64,000 bases of DNA from Methanomassiliicoccaceae archaeon (GTDB lineage: Archaea; Thermoplasmatota; Thermoplasmata; Methanomassiliicoccales; UBA472): assembly GCA_963827905.1 (NCBI GenBank), contig CAWHCB010000013.1:26300-90299 (forward strand), in the 5' to 3' direction. Shown here piece by piece: positions 57,646 to 64,000 of this stretch. The notes under the pieces were generated by a model, which was given only the letters and a program-made list of their open reading frames with translations, was not told where the DNA came from and did no database searches. The first letter of the stretch is position 1. The number at the start of each line of letters is the position of its first letter. Position numbers and translations under genes: made by a program.

Positions 57646-58137
57646 ATGGTGGAGATAAGGGCACTCAAGGAGAACGACCGCGGGCACGTGAGAGCGCTGG
57701 AGCTATTCTGTATCAGAGAGTACCTGGAGGGGTCGTTGCACAAAAGCTGGGACCAGCTATCGCACGACCTCATCGACGAACTCGGGGCATCCTCGCAAAA
57801 TTCCTTCGACCATTACCTGAAGAGCGGCCTGTGCTACGTGGCCCTGGAAGATGGCCATATAGTGGGCTTCGTATTCGGCCAGATGGTCGAGTATATAAAC
57901 AACGTAGCCAAGGTGCTGTGGGTGGAGTCCATCGCGGTGCACCCGAACCACAGGCGAAAGGGCATCGCCTACAAGCTGCTCAAGAAGACGGCCACCGAGG
58001 CCAAGAAGAAAGGGGCCAAAGCGGTGCAGAGCACCATCATGTCGGACCTGGCCGCTTCGGTGATGTTGCATAAGAAGATGGGGTTCTTCATGGACGGCCG
58101 CAAGGTGGCCTTCCTGGACCTGGAATCGTTCCAGTGA
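57646..58137 (+). CDS. GNAT family N-acetyltransferase
   Basis: 163 aa. IAVHPNHRRKGIAYKLLKK (acetyl-CoA binding motif A). It starts immediately after the argS TAA. Confidence 0.75.
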   Translation: MVEIRALKENDRGHVRALELFCIREYLEGSLHKSWDQLSHDLIDELGASSQNSFDHYLKSGLCYVALEDGHIVGFVFGQMVEYINNVAKVLWVESIAVHPNHRRKGIAYKLLKKTATEAKKKGAKAVQSTIMSDLAASVMLHKKMGFFMDGRKVAFLDLESFQ

Positions 58138-58149
58138 GCCCAAGGCCTT

Positions 58150-58889
58150 CTAGGCCTTTTTCTTCAATATCTTCTCGATCAGCTCATGCTCCATACGTGA
58201 AAACGGGGCATGGACCATCTTCCGGCCCAATGACAAAGAGAAGCCTTGGATCATTGCCGACCGGACCTCCTTCATCTTCGGGACGGCGCCGAGCTCCTCC
58301 TTCAATGTGGTGATCTCGGACCGAGCCCTCCAGCGCTTGTCCTTTTGCGCCTTCAACAATCTGACCATGAGGTCCAAATCGGTGTCGACGAGAAGGGTCC
58401 CGTGCTGCAGCACCACCCCACGTTTCCTGGTCTGGGCGCTGCCGCTTATCTTCCTGCCGCCCACCTCGACATCGTTCAAGGGCCGATATTCCGCTTGAAC
58501 GCCCAATATCGCCAATGCCTCCACCACCCCTCGGCAGAGCAGCGGGTATGATTCCAGAGGGGATTCCGGTATCTCGATCTGCTGGAAATGGCTAGGCAAT
58601 AGATGAGCTGGCCCGGGTCGGTGTAAATGGCGCTCCCTCCGCTCACCCGCCGTATCACCTCGATCCCCAACTCACCCGCCAGTTCTACATCGACGCAGTC
58701 CTCGAGCCTTTGGAAGTGCCCCAAGGATATGGTGGGTCGGCTGCGGCGATAGATGTGTAGGGTGTCCGGGATCGAACCCTCTGCCCGGGCGGCGAGCAGC
58801 GCTTCGTCACAGGCCACGGTGTAGGCGGGCTGGGCCAGGTCGGTCTCGACCACCCTGATGTATGCACCGCCCTCAGGTGACGATCTCAT
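58150..58889 (-). CDS. lplA: lipoate/octanoate--protein ligase family protein (one frame interruption near 58598)
   Basis: LHIYRRSRPTISLGHFQ...RRVSGGSAIYTDPGQLIYCL in one frame, then LNDVEVGGRKISGSAQTRKRGVVLQHGTLLV in the next. Confidence 0.75.
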
Positions 58890-60030
58890 CCAGGCGCTCC
58901 TCGAGGAGGCGCGCCTCACCTCCATGGCCAGGCGGCGACCCGGTGCTCATGCTCCGGCGCCACAGCGAGTTGCCATAGGCATGGCCCACGGACATGTGCA
59001 CGTTGGTGCCCCCGCCGATGCGCGGGGCGACATCATAGATGTAGAAGTTCAGGTCCTTGTCCACGCAGGTCTGCAGGCAGAACGGTCCGATCATTCCCGG
59101 TGCGAAATGCTCCTCGCAGGCCTTGACATACTTCTCGGCCAGCTCGAAGGCGTTCTCCAGCAGCGACTCGCGCATGGTGGCGGAGTTGTGCCCGCAGACG
59201 GTGTACTCCGGCAGGCTCTGCCTGTCGTTCAGCTCCAACTGCTGCGCCGCCGGCAGACGCACGAACCCATCAAGCGAGGTCTCGAAGCGCCAGTCTATCC
59301 CAAGCAGCTCGATCCGGGCCCCCCGCTCCTCGAGCGGCGAGTAGAAGAAGTCCAGGTTGAGCACTGGCCCGATGATGTACTCCTCCATGCGGGCGTGCCG
59401 CAGGTCCTCCGCCTCGATCACGCCGTCCCGCACCAGCTTTTCCGCCTTGGCATTGTATTCCTCGGGGGAGGAGGCGGTGAAGAAGCCACGTTCCAGCTTC
59501 TTCTTGGCATGGTGCAGCTTGACGATGGTGAGGCTGTCGATGTCCCGCGGGTCCTTGACCTTCCGGGGCGCGGGCATTCCCGCCTTCTCCAGAAGCCAAT
59601 AGTAATCTTGGGGGCCGCCCCGGTCCTCGGAGCGGAGCAGGTTGCGGCTGCCCACCAGTGGAACGTCGAAATCGTTCTCCACGGCATCGATGCCGCAGTA
59701 GGAGGTGAAGGAGCGGTTGGGGACGAAGAGCACGTTGTCCTTGAGCAGGCGCTCCCTGACGACAGCGGAAGTGGCGTCCTTGAACTTGTTGACCATGACG
59801 AAATCATCCACGATGCCTCGTCTCACCCTCCCGTCGGGGTCACGCAACGCCTTGAAATATTTTGTATAGGTCTTGTCACGGCCGGTCTGGCATATGGCGA
59901 CGGTGTTGAAACCCTCCTCCACCGCTCCGTCGCAGACATCCAGGGCGGAATGGGACGCCAGGACGCCGATCTTGATCTTCTCTGTGTCATATCTCTTAAG
60001 ATTGTCAAGGACGATGCCCCGGTCTAACAT
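58873..60030 (-). CDS. purP: 5-formaminoimidazole-4-carboxamide ribonucleotide (FAICAR) synthetase PurP
   Basis: 385 aa. IGVLASHSALD, an ATP-grasp core, and IYDVAPRIGGGTN near the C-terminus. Confidence 0.85.
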   Translation of the reverse strand: MLDRGIVLDNLKRYDTEKIKIGVLASHSALDVCDGAVEEGFNTVAICQTGRDKTYTKYFKALRDPDGRVRRGIVDDFVMVNKFKDATSAVVRERLLKDNVLFVPNRSFTSYCGIDAVENDFDVPLVGSRNLLRSEDRGGPQDYYWLLEKAGMPAPRKVKDPRDIDSLTIVKLHHAKKKLERGFFTASSPEEYNAKAEKLVRDGVIEAEDLRHARMEEYIIGPVLNLDFFYSPLEERGARIELLGIDWRFETSLDGFVRLPAAQQLELNDRQSLPEYTVCGHNSATMRESLLENAFELAEKYVKACEEHFAPGMIGPFCLQTCVDKDLNFYIYDVAPRIGGGTNVHMSVGHAYGNSLWRRSMSTGSPPGHGGEARLLEERLDEIVT

Positions 60031-60146
60031 ATGGTCACCTTAGCACGCTAGTGATGATGCCGGCCCTAATAAATGCTACCTGTTTCACTCCGAACGTCCA
60101 GCGACCTTGCGTCATAATACCTTGCATGGAAGTGTTGGACCATGGA

Positions 60147-60168
60147 CCCAAAAGGCGCCACTGGCGCC
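60147..60168 (-). terminator. hairpin GGCGCC-ACT-GGCGCC followed by TTTT downstream of tRNA-Gln
   Basis: Read directly on the minus strand: GGCGCCAGTGGCGCC then TTTTGGG, about 20 nt after the tRNA 3' end. Confidence 0.35.
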
Positions 60169-60189
60169 GAGATAGAATGAGGAGAGGAA

Positions 60190-60265
60190 TGGTAGCCCCG
60201 GCCAGATTCGAACTGACGTCGCAGGATCCAGAGTCCCGCATGATTGACCGCTACACTACGGGGCT
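60190..60265 (-). tRNA. tRNA-Gln (anticodon CTG), CCA encoded, A1-U72
   Basis: Hand-folded: AGCCCCG/CGGGGCT acceptor, CGGGA-CTCTGGA-TCCTG anticodon arm, GTCAG-TTCGAAT-CTGGC T arm. 76 nt. Confidence 0.9.
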
Positions 60266-60342
60266 GTGCTGTCTCCCCTAAAATGCTTCCTGTTTTTAAC
60301 CCTTTTCATCAGGAAGAGGTAAATGGATGGAAAAGGAAGGGT

Positions 60343-60975
60343 TCAACCCTTCTTTATGGCGGTCACGATGCGCTCGTAGACCTGGGGGATGGAGCCCTCT
60401 CCGTCCACTGCATGGAGGACGCCCTTCTCCTTGTAGAATTGGCTCACGGGCAAGGTCTGGTCCTTGTAGGTCTTCAACCTGGCGCGCACCGTCTGTTCCG
60501 TGTCGTCCGAGCGCTGGTAGAGCTCGCCCCCACACTTGTCGCACTTGCCCGCGTGCTTGGGCGGACTGAACTCGAGGTGATAGACCGCCCCGCAGCTCTT
60601 GCAGCTGCGTCTCATGACGATGCGGTGCACCAGTTTGTCCTCGTTCACCTGGATGTCCACGGCCATGTCGATCCTGGTAAGTTTGTCCAGGCTCCTCGCC
60701 TGCTCCAGGGAGCGGGGGAAACCGTCCAGAAGGACCGGTCCATGGGTCATGGCCAACTTCTCCTTTATCAGTCCGATGACCAGCTCGTCCGGCACGAGCT
60801 TGCCTGCTTCCATGTAGCCTTTCGCTTCCAGACCAAGGGGCGTGCCCAGTCGTACACCTTCGCGCAACAGGTCCCCGGTGGAGATCTTGGTGAACTTCAT
60901 CTCAGCGACCAACCTTTCCGCCTGCGTGCCCTTGCCGCATCCAGGAGGTCCGAGCAGAACGATCTTGAGGTCCAT
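60343..60975 (-). CDS. adk: adenylate kinase (long, bacterial-type with zinc LID)
   Basis: LLGPPGCGKGTQA, GFPR, LID motif CKSCGAVYH...CDKCGGELYQRSDD. Start at MDLKIVLLG. Confidence 0.9.
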   Translation of the reverse strand: MDLKIVLLGPPGCGKGTQAERLVAEMKFTKISTGDLLREGVRLGTPLGLEAKGYMEAGKLVPDELVIGLIKEKLAMTHGPVLLDGFPRSLEQARSLDKLTRIDMAVDIQVNEDKLVHRIVMRRSCKSCGAVYHLEFSPPKHAGKCDKCGGELYQRSDDTEQTVRARLKTYKDQTLPVSQFYKEKGVLHAVDGEGSIPQVYERIVTAIKKG

Positions 60976-61116
60976 GCCCCGCCTTATCGCTTCAATGCTT
61001 ATATCGTTTTCATCCACTGCATCGCATCGGAGGAAATGGAACGATGTTCATCGGACAGGGGACGTCCAGCCGTGACCTTTTTAACCATCTTGCTGCATCG
61101 AGATGGTGTGAACCCC

Positions 61117-62547
61117 ATGCGCCCGGAGACCCTGGAGGCACTTATGGCCATCGTCGGCGAGAACAACATGTCCACCCGAGCTGCCGACCTCTACACCTAT
61201 GGCTTCGACGCATCCATCCATCATCGTAGCCCCGAGGTCATAGTAAGGCCTCGAACCACAGCCGAGGTATCGGAAGTGGTCAAGCTGGCCCGCAGGGAGA
61301 AGGTCCCCATCGTGGCCCGCGGAGCCGGGACCGGCCTATGCGGGAGCGCCGTGCCCCTCATGGGAGGCATGGTCATGGACATGACCAGGATGAACACCAT
61401 CAAGGAGGTCCGGGTGGGGGACCTCTATTGCGTGGTCGAGGCTGGCGTGGTGTACGACCGCCTCAACGAGCGTCTCGCCCCCTTCAAGTTCTTCTTCCCC
61501 ACCTCCCCCGGGAGCGCGGAGGCCTGCACCATCGGAGGCATGGTGGCCAACAACGCCTCGGGGATGAGGGCCATCAAGTACGGCGCCACCCGCGATTACG
61601 TCCTAGGTCTGGAGGTGGTCCTTTCCGACGGTTCGGTGATGAGGGTCGGCACCAACACCATCAAGAACTCCTCCGGGTACCAGCTGGAAAGGCTCTTCGT
61701 GGGCAGCGAGGGAACCCTGGGCATAATCACCGAGGTCACATTGCGCATCGCCCCCAAACCGAAGAGGCAGTGCATGATCATGGCCGCATTCGATTCTCTG
61801 GAGGCGGCAGGCACATGCGTGTCCGAGCTCATCGCCACCCCCGTGCTGCCCTCCGCCACCGAACTGATGGACCGGACCTGCATCCAGGCGGTGAACAAGA
61901 CGGTCGGCTCCGGATTGCCCGACTGCGAGGCGCTTTGCATGATCGAGGTCGATGGCGAGCCGGAGGTGGTGGAGCGAGAGATGGGGATGGTGACCAAAGT
62001 GGCGGAGCGCGTGGGTGCGATATCCGTGGAGGCCACCAGCGACCCCAAGACCATGGCCCGATGGACCAACGCCCGCAAGTCGGTCATGTCCGCCCTGAGC
62101 CGTTTTGGCGAACGCTTCGTCTCCGTTTCTCTGGCCGATGATATGGCGGTGCCGATATCGCGCATCCCGGCAGCGGTCAAGGCGTTCCAGGAGATCGCGG
62201 CGCGCAACGACGTGGTCATTGGCACTTACGGCCATGCGGCGGACGGGAACCTTCACACCAAGATGCTGGTGGACCCCATGTCCGAGGATTCCTGGCGCCA
62301 CGCCGAGGTCGCGGTGGGCGAGATCTACGAGGTCGTGCTCAAACTGGGAGGCACGGTGACGGGCGAACACGGCGTGGGCATATCCAAGGCGCCCTACTTC
62401 CAGATGGAGCGGGCGAGCGCCTTGGGCACCATGGTCGCCATCAAGAAGGCCTTGGACCCGGACAACATCTTCAACCCTGGCAAGATGCAGGACTGGGAAG
62501 GCGGGATCATCCGCCATCTGCGCTATCCCTGCTCCGACCTGAAGTGA
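61117..62547 (+). CDS. FAD-linked oxidase (GlcD / D-lactate dehydrogenase family)
   Basis: FAD_binding_4 motifs VARGAGTGLCGSAVP and NNASGMRAIKYGATRDYVLGLEVVL, GSEGTLGIITE, and C-terminal GEHGVGISK. The upstream part of the 767-aa ORF is antisense to adk and was discarded. Confidence 0.8.
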   Translation: MRPETLEALMAIVGENNMSTRAADLYTYGFDASIHHRSPEVIVRPRTTAEVSEVVKLARREKVPIVARGAGTGLCGSAVPLMGGMVMDMTRMNTIKEVRVGDLYCVVEAGVVYDRLNERLAPFKFFFPTSPGSAEACTIGGMVANNASGMRAIKYGATRDYVLGLEVVLSDGSVMRVGTNTIKNSSGYQLERLFVGSEGTLGIITEVTLRIAPKPKRQCMIMAAFDSLEAAGTCVSELIATPVLPSATELMDRTCIQAVNKTVGSGLPDCEALCMIEVDGEPEVVEREMGMVTKVAERVGAISVEATSDPKTMARWTNARKSVMSALSRFGERFVSVSLADDMAVPISRIPAAVKAFQEIAARNDVVIGTYGHAADGNLHTKMLVDPMSEDSWRHAEVAVGEIYEVVLKLGGTVTGEHGVGISKAPYFQMERASALGTMVAIKKALDPDNIFNPGKMQDWEGGIIRHLRYPCSDLK

Positions 62548-62561
62548 GCCATCGGCAGATC

Positions 62562-63221
62562 TTATAAGGCAATTACCTGCCAGCTGACCAGGAAGAGGAA
62601 CACCGCCAAAGCCATCACGATGATGTAGATCGGGAGGTTCCAGCGCAGCACCTTGGAACCGTCCAGCGGTGGGATGGGCAGGAGGTTGAAGACCGCCAGC
62701 ATCAGACTGAGGACGGCCATGATGTTCAGGGAATCGGAGAGCAGGCTGCCGTCGTCCAATAGCAACCATGCGACCAAGAAGATGCTTCCGATCACGATAT
62801 TGGTCGCCGGCCCGGCCAGGCTGATCCGTCCATACTGCTCCTTCGTGATGTTCCCACCGATGTAGACCGCTCCAGGCGCAATGAGCGTGAAGCCGAGCAA
62901 GGCGGTGATGAACCCGAGGAGCAGACCCATCGGGTACATGCGGAACTCCGCCCAGGCATTGTAGCGGCGGGCCACGAACTTATGCGCCATCTCATGCAGC
63001 AGGAAGCCCAATATGGTCACCGTCGCGGCGATGGCCAACCAATACAGGAATTGTTCCACTATGTCCGAGTCGCTCAGATTGTAAACCAGGTCGGAGAAGG
63101 AGATGGCGAAGATCAGGGTGATGGCGGTGATGGAGATGGCGATGTGCTGCAGCTCCTTGCCGCTGAAGGCCCTCTGCGGCGGGCGATATTGATCAGGAGG
63201 GACCTTGAACGCGTTGGCCAT
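62562..63221 (-). CDS. site-2 protease family (M50) membrane metalloprotease
   Basis: HEMAHKFVARR (HExxH) and AVFNLLPIPPLDGSKV (LDG motif) in a polytopic protein. Confidence 0.8.
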   Translation of the reverse strand: MANAFKVPPDQYRPPQRAFSGKELQHIAISITAITLIFAISFSDLVYNLSDSDIVEQFLYWLAIAATVTILGFLLHEMAHKFVARRYNAWAEFRMYPMGLLLGFITALLGFTLIAPGAVYIGGNITKEQYGRISLAGPATNIVIGSIFLVAWLLLDDGSLLSDSLNIMAVLSLMLAVFNLLPIPPLDGSKVLRWNLPIYIIVMALAVFLFLVSWQVIAL

Positions 63222-63313
63222 GCTCCTCCTCGAGCCGATGAATGGTCCGCTAGATAAATCTTCGTCGTTACGATGGCATACATTTTTGTAGAGAGTGCAC
63301 AGATGGGCGGCCG

Positions 63314-64000
63314 ATGGCCATTAGGGACCCCAGGCACGGCAAGGCAACGTTCCATTGGTGCGACACATGTGGCACCTTGCTTCTCAGTCCCAGCTGTGGC
63401 GCTTGCCGCAGAGCGGGCCGTCCCTTCGACGTCTCATTGCCAGGCGACATCCGCCCGGCCATGCGGCACGGCAAGGAGGTGGTCGATGAGCTTTTCGAGA
63501 GGCACTTCGGCAACGCCGCCGGCATCGAGGGCAGGATGGTCTTCCTGAACAAGGTGGCGGGGGAGGACCGCTCCGACGAGATCGTGGCGGATGGCATGGT
63601 CATCGCCACCATGCGTTTCGATCTGAGGCGGAACGATTTCGAGCTCCAGTTGCGACAGGAGGGAGCGGCGTTGCTCCAAAAGCACGCCACCAAGAACCTG
63701 GTCAAGCTGGAGAAGGCGGAAGGTCATCTCAAGGGCAAGAAGGTCGACGGCAAGGCCATCAAAGAGGTCATCGGACCGTTCCTTTCTGGGGACCCGCTCA
63801 TCGTCCTGGTCGGGTCGTTGGTCTGTAGCGGGGTGGCCCGGGTGGACAGCAACAAGGTCCAGTCCAGCGAGGGGGCCATATTGATCAGGGACGTAGGGCA
63901 TGCCCTGTCCCGCCCTCCCGGTCCAGCCTCGGAGCAGAGGGAGTTCGTGGCCGCCAACGTGGACCACCTGGCCACCATCGAGTCCAAGGGCGTCAGTGAC
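63314..64000 (+). CDS. 5' part of a CDS with N-terminal zinc ribbon and PUA-like region (possibly PAPS-reductase/PP-loop family); partial
   Basis: Hand-translated frame open from ATG 63314 to the window end: MAIRDPRHGKATFHWCDTCGTLLLSPSCGACRRAG...MVFLNKVAGEDRSDEIVADGMVIATMRFD... It is absent from the ORF track because no stop falls in the window. The family assignment is tentative. Confidence 0.5.
   Translation, partial: MAIRDPRHGKATFHWCDTCGTLLLSPSCGACRRAGRPFDVSLPGDIRPAMRHGKEVVDELFERHFGNAAGIEGRMVFLNKVAGEDRSDEIVADGMVIATMRFDLRRNDFELQLRQEGAALLQKHATKNLVKLEKAEGHLKGKKVDGKAIKEVIGPFLSGDPLIVLVGSLVCSGVARVDSNKVQSSEGAILIRDVGHALSRPPGPASEQREFVAANVDHLATIESKGVSD

Noticed and set aside
60040-60110. GTGATGA (C-box-like) sequence between purP and tRNA-Gln as a C/D box sRNA.
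   Set aside because: No CTGA D or D' box, and no second C' box, lies within the expected 50-60 nt.
60244-61116. The 5' 290 codons of the 767-aa ORF that contains the GlcD-like oxidase.
   Set aside because: This part is antisense to adk and overlaps tRNA-Gln. The oxidase homology starts only at the Met at 61117.
1-64000. CRISPR arrays, cas genes, integrases, transposases and rRNA genes.
   Set aside because: I looked for regularly spaced direct repeats and for the usual protein signatures in the ORF track. None was seen. This was by-eye screening only.

Overview
High-G+C archaeal chromosomal segment. The archaeal hallmarks are aRF1, RpoN/Rpb10, an L18e-L13-S9 operon, PurP, DtdA, archaeal-type TrpRS/PheS, an A24 FlaK-like peptidase and a tRNA-Gln with A1-U72. 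An AGT-EndoV fusion hints at Thermoplasmatota, but that is inference only. Most of the window is housekeeping: a complete DapL-type lysine operon (lrp-dapA-dapB-ask-lysA-dapF-dapL), pgk, thiL, folP, bioY, a larA homologue with an Fe-S partner, and a block of translation genes.

Three accessory stretches stand out:
- 44.75-47.02 kb: a compact ubiquitin-type conjugation module. It has an E1-like adenylase, a 79-aa Ubl ending GG-Ala, and a single ORF fusing an E2/UBC domain (HPN...Cys) to a JAMM/MPN+ isopeptidase. This is the best candidate for a novel system.
- About 30.9-37.3 kb: a visibly AT-rich island abutting the 3' end of tRNA-Pro. It carries an effector-less STAND (AAA_16)-TPR NTPase, a Cys-rich orphan and a roughly 900-aa secreted gluzincin.
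- 38.9-43.0 kb: a roughly 1360-aa DUF4011-type SF1 helicase with a restriction-endonuclease-like C-terminus, wedged upstream of the ribosomal protein operon.

Caveat: by manual count there are at least 30 reading-frame breaks, including in essential genes such as rpoN. Indel-type assembly error therefore has to be considered for every call. No CRISPR array, integrase or transposase was seen.
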